From Nitrospira sp. (GTDB lineage: Bacteria > Nitrospirota > Nitrospiria > Nitrospirales > Nitrospiraceae), in assembly GCA_046714015.1 (NCBI GenBank), contig JBKKBQ010000265.1, forward strand, positions 1-33,158: a stretch of 33,158 nt of DNA, read 5' to 3'. Position numbers and translations under genes: made by a program. The notes beneath the pieces were generated by a model. It saw only the letters and a program-made list of their open reading frames with translations. It ran no database searches and was not told the origin of the DNA. Shown here in pieces: positions 9,442 through 19,009 of this stretch. Positions within the stretch are counted from its first letter, which is position 1; every line of letters begins with the position of its first letter.

Positions 9442-10182
9442 TCATTCTCCCTTGACGGCGGACGGTTTGACGGCGCGCGCGGTGATGACGAGTTGAAAGT
9501 CATCGTCTCGCCGCTCCAGATCGTCCGTCGGCAACTCATCGATGGTCAACCCATGAAGATAGGCGACGGCCAGCAACACGTTGCCATGGGTCTCCACCTG
9601 TATGGACTCAGACGGCCAATGCGCTTCGAGCAGTCGCGTTGTCGAAGCTGACGTAAATCGCCAATAGTCGCCCCACCGTTCCATGTCGTACCGACTGATC
9701 TGACTGATCCCTGTATAGGTGGACAACAGAACGCCACCGGGGCGAAGCATGCGATACAGTGTCTTCACGGCAGCTTGCACGTCGTACACGAACTGAAGGG
9801 TCTGCGTACAGATGATGCAATCAAAAATCTCTGAGGGAAGCGTCTCCGCGCAGGTGAGATCTGCGACGATTGTGGCATGAGCCGTGTCCGGCACGACGTG
9901 GAGGACATCGCTCCGCTCCACCGCCGTTCCGCCGAACGCCTTTGTGTATCGATCATCGCCGATCTCCAGGACTCGCCCCCGAATGTCGGCTCGGTGAGAC
10001 TGCAGAAAACGTTCGATAAAGACAATGTCGATACAGCGGGCTTGCTGCCCACGATCGAGCCCGAATTGCCGGCTGATCGGTTCCGTTCGGAGTAGGCTCC
10101 CGAATTGGACACGTCCGACAGGCGGCCAAACCTTGCATCGCCGCCATAATAAGTGCACCCGTTGCCAGACAAAACCGAGCAT
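9442..10182 (-). CDS. Methyltransferase-domain protein (glycan-cluster type)
   Basis: PISRQFGLDRG, IRGRVLEIGD, ADLT, FDCIICTQTLQFVYD, LRPGGVLL, DYWRFT. Start ATG 10182, 2 nt after the upstream stop. Confidence 0.85.
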   Translation of the reverse strand: MLGFVWQRVHLLWRRCKVWPPVGRVQFGSLLRTEPISRQFGLDRGQQARCIDIVFIERFLQSHRADIRGRVLEIGDDRYTKAFGGTAVERSDVLHVVPDTAHATIVADLTCAETLPSEIFDCIICTQTLQFVYDVQAAVKTLYRMLRPGGVLLSTYTGISQISRYDMERWGDYWRFTSASTTRLLEAHWPSESIQVETHGNVLLAVAYLHGLTIDELPTDDLERRDDDFQLVITARAVKPSAVKGE

Positions 10183-10184
10183 GA

Positions 10185-11009
10185 TCAGCAGGTTTGCGTT
10201 TGCACAACTTCTTGCTCTTGCGTCGGACGATACCGAGGAGCCCAATCCTTGGGTTTCCGTATGCGGGCACAGACCAGCAACGGGAAGTCCGGGTCGACTG
10301 CGTCCAGCTCGTGACGCGTCAATTCCTCCGAGGGGATGCCCGCCATATAGGCCGTGAGTGCAAAAAAGTTTCCATACGTCTTCAATTGGCAGTCCATTCC
10401 CGCAATGCCGAGTTCCAGGAACACCGTCTCGACGAGCCGCGGCGTAAACCACCAATAGACCGACGCGGTGTGTCCGTCACCGAGCGGGATCCCTCCGACC
10501 GGGTACCCACTTCGGCAAGGAAAGTTGATCAACAAGACCCCTCCCGGCTTCAGCAGCCGGAGGCTGTGGTACAGCGCCGCTCGAAAATCGTAGATAATGT
10601 GAATCGTGAACTGATGCACAAAGCAGTCGAACTGATCCGAGGGAACGGAGTCAGCGGTCGCCAGGTCCGCCACGATGGTCACATCAGGGCCTGTCGCCGC
10701 GATATCGATCGCCTCAGCCGACGTCACTCTCCCCTTCCCATAGTGCCGCACCGTACGGGTCACTCCGATCTCGAGGGCCCGTCCACGAATGTCTTCCCGC
10801 CGTTCGTCGAGAAATTTAGCCCAGTAGTAGCGGACGACCTGGACACCCGTCGCGCGACCTGGGTACACCGCACTCGTTCGACGCAGAAACATACACCGAA
10901 CTAGCCTGAGCAACGGCAGTTTCCAACTACTGGACTTCCACCGCTGCGCCCGGCGCATAAGCGCATCACGGACTGCGTCGGCACGATCCATGAGAGGCCT
11001 GCCGTTCAC
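10185..11009 (-). CDS. Methyltransferase-domain protein, paralogue of 9442..10182
   Basis: IRGRALEIG, VADLATA, FDCFVHQFTIHIIYD, LKPGGVLLINFP, YWWFT. GTG start overlaps the upstream stop (GTGA). Confidence 0.85.
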   Translation of the reverse strand: MNGRPLMDRADAVRDALMRRAQRWKSSSWKLPLLRLVRCMFLRRTSAVYPGRATGVQVVRYYWAKFLDERREDIRGRALEIGVTRTVRHYGKGRVTSAEAIDIAATGPDVTIVADLATADSVPSDQFDCFVHQFTIHIIYDFRAALYHSLRLLKPGGVLLINFPCRSGYPVGGIPLGDGHTASVYWWFTPRLVETVFLELGIAGMDCQLKTYGNFFALTAYMAGIPSEELTRHELDAVDPDFPLLVCARIRKPKDWAPRYRPTQEQEVVQTQTC

Positions 11010-11878
11010 GTCGCACCAATCGACGGCGTTGACGCCTTTCGTTTGGCATAAATCAGCAAGAAATACTGGGTCTCCGGGGCGAGGTGAAACGGCGACTGCA
11101 CTCCGCCGTTGGTTTCGGAATCGAAATCGTTGATGAGATACTCAAATCCCTGCCGATCCAGCAGATCCAGAATCTTATGAAGGGTTCTGGGCAAGCCAGG
11201 CAAATGGTGATACTCGATCACCATCTCGGACACCAGTCGAAGTCGGTCGCCACAATCGGCAAGGGCCTCCCACTCGGTACCCTCGATATTGACTTTCAAG
11301 AAGTCGATGAGCTCCGTGAGATACGCCGAGAGGCGGACACACGGCACATTGTACCTGGTCCAACCATCAGGTAACGGAGTGGATTCCGACACCAGGTTGC
11401 TGGCGTATTTCCCATCAGAATGGAATGCCAGGATCCCATCCCGTCCGGCGATCGCCGCCTGCACCAGTTGGACATCGTGCAACCCGTGGCGTTCCAGATT
11501 GTCCTTCAGGTACCCGAACACCAGGGGATCCGGCTCGAACGTAGTGACTTTGGCCCTCGGATAAACTTGTTTGTAGTATAGGACCGACATGCCGATATTG
11601 CCGCCGCAATCCAGCACCACCGGATCCAGCCTCGACGCTTCGAAATGATAAATCCGATTCAGAAATATGTCTTTGTATTGCATGAAGAAGTTCGGCCCAT
11701 CATTGATCCTCACCTGGTAGGGGCCGCAGGGAAGGACCATCCCGGGAGTAGCCGCGAAAGCGCGAGCTCTTACCTGATCACGGCGCCAGCGGTCTTTCCA
11801 TCCCACCATTCCTTGCTCCACGCGTCGCAGCGTCGGCCGCAGTGGGGAAGGCACGAATGCTTTCAACGTTGATCGCAT
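11006..11878 (-). CDS. FkbM-family methyltransferase
   Basis: YKDIFLNRIY, VVLDCGGNIGMS, TFEPDP, IDFLKVNIEGTEW, MVIEYH. Start ATG 11878, 1 nt after the upstream stop. Confidence 0.9.
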   Translation of the reverse strand: MRSTLKAFVPSPLRPTLRRVEQGMVGWKDRWRRDQVRARAFAATPGMVLPCGPYQVRINDGPNFFMQYKDIFLNRIYHFEASRLDPVVLDCGGNIGMSVLYYKQVYPRAKVTTFEPDPLVFGYLKDNLERHGLHDVQLVQAAIAGRDGILAFHSDGKYASNLVSESTPLPDGWTRYNVPCVRLSAYLTELIDFLKVNIEGTEWEALADCGDRLRLVSEMVIEYHHLPGLPRTLHKILDLLDRQGFEYLINDFDSETNGGVQSPFHLAPETQYFLLIYAKRKASTPSIGAT

Positions 11879-11879
11879 G

Positions 11880-13064
11880 TCAAGCCGCCAATCGCTTGTC
11901 AGTGATGTCGACGAACTCCTGCATACGGCGACGGTAGGTGTGGTCACGAAGCGTCCTCGCCTGACCGGCACGAGAAATGCCCATCCGTCCCTCTTCATCT
12001 TTCAGATAGTGACGAATCATGTCTGCACATTCCTCCGTTGAACGATAGGCAACGACTTCTTTCCCCACTTCAAAGAGTTCGGACAAATTCGCCTTCCAGT
12101 CCGTTACCAACAGGGTTCCCATTCCCGTCGCCTCGAACAGTCGGCAATTATTGGCATACGGGGCCACATCCCCATGGTGATTCAGCGTAATCTTCGACCG
12201 GCGGAGCACCTCGTACATCTGTCGCCCCCACACCACTCCCATATGCCGACCTCGAAGTGGAGAGTGCGGCGACAAGAGATGCGCGCCGGGCCCCCACATT
12301 CGCAGTTCCGGCACGGCCTCACAGAGCCCCTCCAGCCAGGTAATTCGGCTTCGATGTATCGAGGATAGACTCCCCACGAACGTGACAGGATAGGTGGGGA
12401 CCGGATCGGCTTCTAACGCGAAGGCCGAGGGATCAAACCCCAATCGATGGAGTACCGCGGAAACCCCTTTGCGCAGGAAAAAGTCCACAGTCGGTTGGAA
12501 GGAAGAAATGATGAGATCATAACATCCATAGTCTCCATCGTACGGCAACGGGGTCGCCGCATGCTGGCCAACCAGCAATCTGACCCAAGGTTTCACCTTG
12601 TACAACCAGCGGCTCTCGATCCCATCCATGGCTTGGTTTAACAGTACATCGGGACGATGATGTTTGATCTGTTCGACGAGAATCTCCATGCTTTCACGAG
12701 TATCTCCGGAAAGACGTCCGGGAAGTGATCGAAGCCATCTTCCAACGCGAGCAAACAGGGATTCCGCATTCTCCAAAATATATCTCCCTGCAATGCCCGG
12801 TCCTTTATGATTCGAAGTACTTCCTCCCGCTCGCCCAGATTCCCTCATCCACGCCCGTTGCAGTGGGAGGTTGTTGACATAGAGATCGAAGGCATCATGT
12901 CCCAGGGCCCGAAGATTCCTCGAATAGAAATCCGCGACGCCGAACAGGCTGGCATAGCGCACCTGCATCTGTTGCACATAGTTATCCTGTGCCAGTGAGG
13001 GATGGTCCCGATGCAACCCTTCGAGGAATTCGGCGTAATCTGTATTGACAATCGCAATCTTCAT
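11880..13064 (-). CDS. CgeB/Glyco_trans_1_2-type glycosyltransferase
   Basis: VTFVGSL...R, VWGRQMYEVLRRSKITLNHH, NNCRLFEATGMGTLLVTD, GQARTLRDHTYRRR. Start ATG 13064 forms a TGATG overlap with the upstream stop. Confidence 0.85.
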   Translation of the reverse strand: MKIAIVNTDYAEFLEGLHRDHPSLAQDNYVQQMQVRYASLFGVADFYSRNLRALGHDAFDLYVNNLPLQRAWMRESGRAGGSTSNHKGPGIAGRYILENAESLFARVGRWLRSLPGRLSGDTRESMEILVEQIKHHRPDVLLNQAMDGIESRWLYKVKPWVRLLVGQHAATPLPYDGDYGCYDLIISSFQPTVDFFLRKGVSAVLHRLGFDPSAFALEADPVPTYPVTFVGSLSSIHRSRITWLEGLCEAVPELRMWGPGAHLLSPHSPLRGRHMGVVWGRQMYEVLRRSKITLNHHGDVAPYANNCRLFEATGMGTLLVTDWKANLSELFEVGKEVVAYRSTEECADMIRHYLKDEEGRMGISRAGQARTLRDHTYRRRMQEFVDITDKRLAA

Positions 13065-13978
13065 CACACTTTGGTCGTTCTCGCACCTCCGAACCACAGC
13101 TTGAGGCAGGCGGCTATGGGAGCCCCCAAGGCAGTCTTGCCGACCGTATCGAACAGCAAGCCGACGCCATGTGACAAGGCATTCCGCAGTTTATGCCCAG
13201 GCTCTGAACATAGCCACACATAGTTCAAATAGTACCGAAGATTGGCCGTCGACTTTTTTGAGCAGAGGAGTGCTAGACACTCCCACCACGTCAAGCTGGG
13301 CTTCTCTGGCGGATAGAGACCCGTGATGCGCAGATTCGCATAAACCCTTGCTCGGTGCGATACAGCCAGGCGAAATCCGGCGCGTCTTGCTCGTATCGAA
13401 AACTCATAGTCCGCGCCGTAATGAGGAAGGCGTCGCTGATCGAAGGTACCGATCCGTCTGAAGACTTCGACCGGGACCAAGGTCCCTCGACCCGGGAGAA
13501 CATCGACTTGGTCGTCATGGTCAGTCTGTGCCATACGCGCAGCATCGGTGTTCTCCGTTACACGTAATCTGACGTCCAGTCTCAATCCTCCGACCATGTG
13601 ACCCCGATGCTCGTCGTCTACCACGGTTGAACCGACAACGGCACGACCAAGCTGCTCGCTGCATCGCCATAGCAAGGCTACGTAGTTCTCTTCGAAGGTC
13701 ACATCGTTGTTGAGCAGAAGAATGGCATCACGTTCGCCAGCCGTCGCAAGAATATGTGCCACACCCAGCACATTGGCCCCTGTCCACCACAGAGTGCCGT
13801 CACCTCGCAGCACTGTGACGGCGGGAAACTCCCGCCGTACTTCCTCAGCCGTGCCATCGGCAGACCCGTCGTCGACCAACAGGATTCGCACCGGCACTCC
13901 GCGCTGGCCCTGCAGGCATCGGAGTACAGACAACACTTGCGGTCTGTTGTTGTGTGCAGGGATGAGCACGTATACCAT
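13064..13978 (-). CDS. GT2 glycosyltransferase (rhamnosyl/galactofuranosyl transferase-like)
   Basis: VLIPAHN, VDDGSADGT, GDGTLWWTGAN, LLLNND, LPGRGTL, HYGADYEFSIRARRAGF. Confidence 0.9.
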   Translation of the reverse strand: MVYVLIPAHNNRPQVLSVLRCLQGQRGVPVRILLVDDGSADGTAEEVRREFPAVTVLRGDGTLWWTGANVLGVAHILATAGERDAILLLNNDVTFEENYVALLWRCSEQLGRAVVGSTVVDDEHRGHMVGGLRLDVRLRVTENTDAARMAQTDHDDQVDVLPGRGTLVPVEVFRRIGTFDQRRLPHYGADYEFSIRARRAGFRLAVSHRARVYANLRITGLYPPEKPSLTWWECLALLCSKKSTANLRYYLNYVWLCSEPGHKLRNALSHGVGLLFDTVGKTALGAPIAACLKLWFGGARTTKV

Positions 13979-14009
13979 GCTATGACCTTCTGAGCGAGAA
14001 TGCTGGAGG

Positions 14010-14984
14010 TCAAGCCTCTCCTACATAACCCGCTGACTTCTCTCGACGCACGGACAGATACAGGCCAACCCTTGCAAGGAAGCGGCCGACTTCCAATGCG
14101 ATAGGCCCCAAGCGCTCTACCGCCCAGACGCGACGATCAGCAAACCGTGCCCGTTCTTGAAGCGCCGCCCAGGTCATCCTGCGGATGGCCGTCCAATTCA
14201 TGCGCAATCGGCTGAGTCGCTCTCTCAACGACGCCGGCTCTTCCAAGCGACCGGCCACTTGACCGGCGACGAACCAGCGAGAGAGATGATAACTCGCGGT
14301 CATCCGCCGCTTCCCGACCGCATGATAGACGCCAAGCTCCGGAGAATAGAGCACTCTCGCGTGATCACCGAGCACAGCCCATAACTTCTGAAAGAGGACG
14401 GTCTCTTCCCCCATCGAGATCTGTTCCCCCCGCATCCCTACTCGCACATCAAACCCTCCCAATTCCTGGAGCACGACTTTCTGAAACAACATGTTGCAGC
14501 CAGAAAAGGCCTCCCCAGGGGTCAACAGTCTTTGCACGCTTCCCCACGACCTAACCTCGTATTCGTCCTTGTACCACGGGGGCTTCGGGGTCGGATAATA
14601 CGGGAGAATCTTCCCGCCTACCGCCACAGGGGCATTGTCGTTCTCAAAGAGCGCCAACGCACGCTCTAGCCATCGAGGATCAGCCTTGGCATCGTCATCG
14701 ATGAAGCCGACGTACCTTCCTCGAGCACAAGCCCACCCGCGGTTTCTCGCATAGCCGAGACCGAGCATGGGCTCATCAATCAACCGTATCGTGATGGCAT
14801 TCCACCTGCCTTGCGCGCGCTCAACAACCGCCGGCGTATCATCCGTTGACCTATTATTGACCACCACGATTTCATAGCTTTCGGGACTCAGTGTTTGCGT
14901 CGCAAGACTTTCCAGTGCTTGGCCGAGCAGGCGAGCCCGATTATGAGTGCAGACCACGACCGATATGGTGAAGGGATGTTCCAT
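14010..14984 (-). CDS. GT2 glycosyltransferase
   Basis: ISVVVCTHNRA, VNNRSTDDT, GLGYARNRG, FIDDDA, GCNM, GEET. Start ATG 14984 preceded by AGGA. Confidence 0.9.
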   Translation of the reverse strand: MEHPFTISVVVCTHNRARLLGQALESLATQTLSPESYEIVVVNNRSTDDTPAVVERAQGRWNAITIRLIDEPMLGLGYARNRGWACARGRYVGFIDDDAKADPRWLERALALFENDNAPVAVGGKILPYYPTPKPPWYKDEYEVRSWGSVQRLLTPGEAFSGCNMLFQKVVLQELGGFDVRVGMRGEQISMGEETVLFQKLWAVLGDHARVLYSPELGVYHAVGKRRMTASYHLSRWFVAGQVAGRLEEPASLRERLSRLRMNWTAIRRMTWAALQERARFADRRVWAVERLGPIALEVGRFLARVGLYLSVRREKSAGYVGEA

Positions 14985-15022
14985 CGTTCCTACCGCACAA
15001 CGGGGAATCCCCAAGATGCCAG

Positions 15023-16030
15023 TCACCCTCGCAGAGAGGAGAGCCCCCGCCACGCACGTCCCAGCACGTTCTTCCTCCACCCCATATCCACGGCCTCGCT
15101 CAAGGCGGATGTCCAGATTCGACGGCTCAGCCCGAGGTCGACTGATTGTGCGATCGCCAACCACCGTTCTCCGACTACCTTGGAAAACGCAGGCTCTGGG
15201 AAGATTCTTCTGGTCCGATTGGCCTGCCGAAGGACAGTCAACCAGGTTTCGGCCTCCTGGACAAACGTCTTTGTTCTAGGCCATGTCCACGTGCTGATCT
15301 GCTCATGCATGACTCGCTGCCCTTCCGTGGGAACCAGCCCTAGGCTCTCTAGCTGGCGGCGGCGGATGGCGCCCGCCCATTCCAGTTGAGTGTTCCCACG
15401 AATCTGACCAATTTGCCCAGCATGGATTCTTCGGACGAGGAGTACCTCCGGCACATTGGCCAGCGAGAGGCTACGCACCGCCCGACACCACAATTCATAA
15501 TCTTGTGCATAAGTATAGGTGCAATCATAGGACAATCGCGCTTTAATCCAGCGCGCCCGATCGAACAGCACCGTTGGATGCGCCATCGAACAATCGAACA
15601 ACAGCCTCGCGTGGATCTCATCCGCTCCCAAAGGGTATTTCCAGACTTGCTGAACACCATCCCCTACGACCTCGATCCAGGAGCCGCACACACCCACAGT
15701 CGGATGGTTTGTCATGAACGCGATTTGACGAGCCATCCGATCGGGACGGCTGATATCATCGGCGTCCATACGTGCCACATACTGGCCGGTAGCGGCTTCA
15801 ATCCCGATGTTGAGCGACGCAGCTAAACCCAGATTACGACCGTTTCGAAGAAAGCGAATGCGCACATCCCGATACGACTCGATGATCTTCGCGCTGGTGT
15901 CCGTGGAACCGTCGTCGAGGATGATGAACTCGAAATCTGAGAACGTCTGGGCCAGGATGCTCCCGATGGCCTCTGCAAGATAGGCCTGGCCGTTGTAGAC
16001 GGACATAACGACAGAGACGACCGGCGTCAT
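15023..16030 (-). CDS. GT2 glycosyltransferase
   Basis: VSVVMSVYNGQAYLAEAIGSILAQTF, LDDGSTD, ARMDADDIS, AHPTV, AQDYELW. Start ATG 16030 forms an ATGA overlap with the upstream stop at 16027. Confidence 0.93.
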   Translation of the reverse strand: MTPVVSVVMSVYNGQAYLAEAIGSILAQTFSDFEFIILDDGSTDTSAKIIESYRDVRIRFLRNGRNLGLAASLNIGIEAATGQYVARMDADDISRPDRMARQIAFMTNHPTVGVCGSWIEVVGDGVQQVWKYPLGADEIHARLLFDCSMAHPTVLFDRARWIKARLSYDCTYTYAQDYELWCRAVRSLSLANVPEVLLVRRIHAGQIGQIRGNTQLEWAGAIRRRQLESLGLVPTEGQRVMHEQISTWTWPRTKTFVQEAETWLTVLRQANRTRRIFPEPAFSKVVGERWLAIAQSVDLGLSRRIWTSALSEAVDMGWRKNVLGRAWRGLSSLRG

Positions 16031-16785
16031 GCTGCACAGACCTCCGCCCAGATCTCGCCCCAACGAACTTCCTGATGCAGGACGCGACAGCCGGCTTTCT
16101 CGATTTCCTCGGCAAACGATTCCAGCATATACTCCGTTTCGTGAGTGGCATCGAGCCTCCATTCGATGCCCAGCTCTTTCTTGAGTGGCACTTGCCAATC
16201 CCGCTCGAACAGCGGGACGCGAATGAGCATCTTGGAGGGAGCGGCGACGCGAAGCACCTCCGCTAGGAATGCGGGACGCTCCGGCAGATGCTCGAGGATG
16301 TTGGACAACACGACCACATCGAATCGACCGGCCAGATCACCCTTTAACCCATCCTGCACGCGGTATTCGACGCGTGGATGAGAGAACCTCTCGCGGGCAA
16401 CCCTGATGTTGTCCGCACTAAGATCGACTGCCACCACGGACGCCCCAGATCGCTCTGCCACATCAAACGCGACCGCCCCGACGCCGCAACCGATGTCGAG
16501 CACACGCTGGCCGGGTTGCACACGTTGCGCAAAAAACTCATGATATCGCGTGTGCCGGTGTTTCGTATGGAGACCACCACCGTATTCGACGGCTTTCCTT
16601 CCAAGCAGGGGATACAAGGCAGCCTGCATACGGAACAACAGACGGAGAGCTTCAGCCGCCGGCAACGCAGTGACCCGTTCCGTCGTCACATCGAGCAATA
16701 GGGACTCGACCTGCGCAGGCGTTAGCCACCTACATCCAGACCGCAGCCACCGCTCCAATACACGTCCAATGAATTGGTCCCACAT
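16027..16785 (-). CDS. Class I SAM-dependent methyltransferase
   Basis: HTKHRH, RVLDIGCGVG, VDLS, FDVVVLSNILEHL, LIRVP, DATHETEY. Confidence 0.88.
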   Translation of the reverse strand: MWDQFIGRVLERWLRSGCRWLTPAQVESLLLDVTTERVTALPAAEALRLLFRMQAALYPLLGRKAVEYGGGLHTKHRHTRYHEFFAQRVQPGQRVLDIGCGVGAVAFDVAERSGASVVAVDLSADNIRVARERFSHPRVEYRVQDGLKGDLAGRFDVVVLSNILEHLPERPAFLAEVLRVAAPSKMLIRVPLFERDWQVPLKKELGIEWRLDATHETEYMLESFAEEIEKAGCRVLHQEVRWGEIWAEVCAA

Positions 16786-16876
16786 CGTGAGAACCTGTCC
16801 TGATCTTTTCGCAAGGAGTTAGCGACGAGTCCGCTAGCCCGGTCAGGATCTGCCGGCGTGACGGACAGAGGCGATT

Positions 16877-17803
16877 CTACCGTCTACGGCACACCACGCG
16901 ACTTACATCACGACCGTCAAGGTGAAGCTCCCCCTCCACGATGTGGAAATTATCGCGGATGTAGTGCAAGGTCTGCAGGCGCTCTTTGACACCGCCTTCA
17001 CTATCAAGCCCTTTTCCTTCCGAACGGATGAAGTCAAAAATGAGATGTCCCCCCAGTTTCAGATGAACGTGTAGTCTCTGCACTGTTTGAAGCGGCCTCG
17101 GAACGTGTTCGAGGACCGTCATACAGCATATGGCATCGTATGTGACTTCATCCAAAGGTTCAGCGGCATGAGGATCAATCGCCAACGTCCGCACACGGGA
17201 TTCTGCACGGAATTTCCATCGCACAAAATGAAACAGCACATGTTCTATGTCGGCACAAGTGATATGCAGTTTCCTGTCACTATAAAACTGCGTAAGGCTA
17301 CTCGCAATTGGCGCCAGCCCGCAGCCGAATTCGAGTACGGTGCCATGGCGTGGCATCCACTTTATAAAATCCCGAGCCGCTAAGGGGCGAAGGGCATTCT
17401 TGTAGGCCAAGTGAAACAGCAGGTAAATGCTTCGGGCGTCCCGCCACCCTTCATTCAACGCATTCGCATCCGAGACGTCCACTAATGTCTGAAACCGCTG
17501 CCGGTACATTCCTTTGAGAAAATGGAAATCCGGTGGGGTTAGCGGCCGCAGCCCCAATTCTCCCACCCAATACCTTTCAAACTCGTGAAACCAGCCCAAC
17601 GCCATGTGCGAATACACCAAGCGGGCCCAGAGCTGCGAATCAACCAACGTCTCTATCGCTCGACGTTTCAATCCCATCCTGAAGGAGGTCGATGCGGGGG
17701 ACCTTGACTCCCTGTGCGCTTGGGGAGGAACCGTGCCAAGTTTTTGGCTCTGCTCGGCCAGCAAGCGCGGGACATCCAATTTCACGTCATCGAACTTGTT
17801 CAT
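16877..17803 (-). CDS. Class I SAM-dependent methyltransferase with an N-terminal extension
   Basis: VLEFGCGLAP, CADI, YDAICCMTVLEHVP, LKLGGHLIFD. Confidence 0.85.
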   Translation of the reverse strand: MNKFDDVKLDVPRLLAEQSQKLGTVPPQAHRESRSPASTSFRMGLKRRAIETLVDSQLWARLVYSHMALGWFHEFERYWVGELGLRPLTPPDFHFLKGMYRQRFQTLVDVSDANALNEGWRDARSIYLLFHLAYKNALRPLAARDFIKWMPRHGTVLEFGCGLAPIASSLTQFYSDRKLHITCADIEHVLFHFVRWKFRAESRVRTLAIDPHAAEPLDEVTYDAICCMTVLEHVPRPLQTVQRLHVHLKLGGHLIFDFIRSEGKGLDSEGGVKERLQTLHYIRDNFHIVEGELHLDGRDVSRVVCRRR

Positions 17804-17824
17804 GCGACTCGATGGCTCCTCAGT

Positions 17825-19009
17825 TCACGATGCTATCGAGGCAGAGGCCCCCTCACTGGCCAACTCCCGCGGAGCCTCCCCATCCGAAGCCAATTCCTCC
17901 AGCAGAGCTGCCTCTAGCTCCACAACACGATCAAGCGCAAACCGCTCGGAAACATACGCCCGCCCAGCACATCCCAGTTCTGAGCTCATGCCAGGATTGC
18001 CAAGTACCTCCTTTATGGCGGACCGCAAGGTCTCGGGAGTGGGATTACAGAGAAGTCCCGTTCGGCGATCGATGATCAGCTCACGAATCCCCGGCACATT
18101 GCTGCCGATGACAGGAACCCCGCAGGACATTGCCTCCAACAAGGCCTTCGGATGGCCCTCAATGAACGAGGGCATGACAAACGCGCCCGAGCTGTTGAGT
18201 ATTCTGGGCAACTCTTCGTTTGGAACGTTTCCTCTAAACGTGACTGGCAGACCCTTGAGATCCACTTCGCGGCGCAATGATTCTCTCAGGGAACCATTTC
18301 CCACAATAATCAACTCCACATTTAGCCCTTGGATGGCTTCGATCAATCCTAAGGGATTTTTCTCTTGATCGAGCCGCCCGACGTAGCAAATCCGTCTTAG
18401 GCAACGGTCTCGCCAAGGGCCAGGGGCAAAGAGCATCGTATCGACATAGTTGGGAATCACCCTAACCCGGTCAGGCTGCAGGCTGTATCGTTGGACAACT
18501 TTCTCTCTGATGGCTGGAGTGGTGACTACGACGCGGTCCGCTCCGGAAAAGACACGATGCTCCAATGCCCGGGAGCTCACCGCCTGCGCTGATTCTGTGC
18601 CGTAAGTCCGCGCCATATTGTCGGACAACAGATAGCCACACCGCGCAACGAATGGCTTCCCTGCGCGGCGTGCGGCCTCCAGTGCAATCTCAGCCCCCTG
18701 GATTTGATTACTCTTGACCACCACCGGTCCGCGCCAGGACCACGGAACTATCCGCGTTACCATCTTTTGATAGGCCTCACCCGGGAGTCGCCAGCGGTTA
18801 CAGCGCACACGAATTCCCGCTAAACGAGCGCCGTAGACGCGGTCCTGTGCGTCTCCATAGGTCACAAAATCGATGCCTCGCAATTTCGGCTTCAGTCGTC
18901 GGTACAGTGCCGCTTCGCGTTCGAGCAAGCCGATGTCGCTCCATGCCTTGAGCGACACTCCTCGGGAAAAAAACAGGATCAGACGCATTGCAGCCAGACA
19001 ACTAGACAT
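17825..19009 (-). CDS. GT4 glycosyltransferase
   Basis: IPNYVD, YVGRLDQEKN, PSFIEGHPKALLEAMSCGVPVIGSNVPGIRE; AAGGAG RBS upstream of ATG 19009. Confidence 0.92.
   Translation of the reverse strand: MSSCLAAMRLILFFSRGVSLKAWSDIGLLEREAALYRRLKPKLRGIDFVTYGDAQDRVYGARLAGIRVRCNRWRLPGEAYQKMVTRIVPWSWRGPVVVKSNQIQGAEIALEAARRAGKPFVARCGYLLSDNMARTYGTESAQAVSSRALEHRVFSGADRVVVTTPAIREKVVQRYSLQPDRVRVIPNYVDTMLFAPGPWRDRCLRRICYVGRLDQEKNPLGLIEAIQGLNVELIIVGNGSLRESLRREVDLKGLPVTFRGNVPNEELPRILNSSGAFVMPSFIEGHPKALLEAMSCGVPVIGSNVPGIRELIIDRRTGLLCNPTPETLRSAIKEVLGNPGMSSELGCAGRAYVSERFALDRVVELEAALLEELASDGEAPRELASEGASASIAS

Noticed and set aside
6415-14626. GGCGGTAG (ops/JUMPstart-like) octamers on the minus strand near 6416, 14117 and 14618
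   Set aside because: They fall inside coding sequence, far from an operon leader, and lack the wider JUMPstart context; likely chance matches.
16815-16845. Short inverted repeat TAGCG...CGCTA between two methyltransferase genes
   Set aside because: Only a 5-bp stem with no adjacent U tract; too weak to call a terminator.
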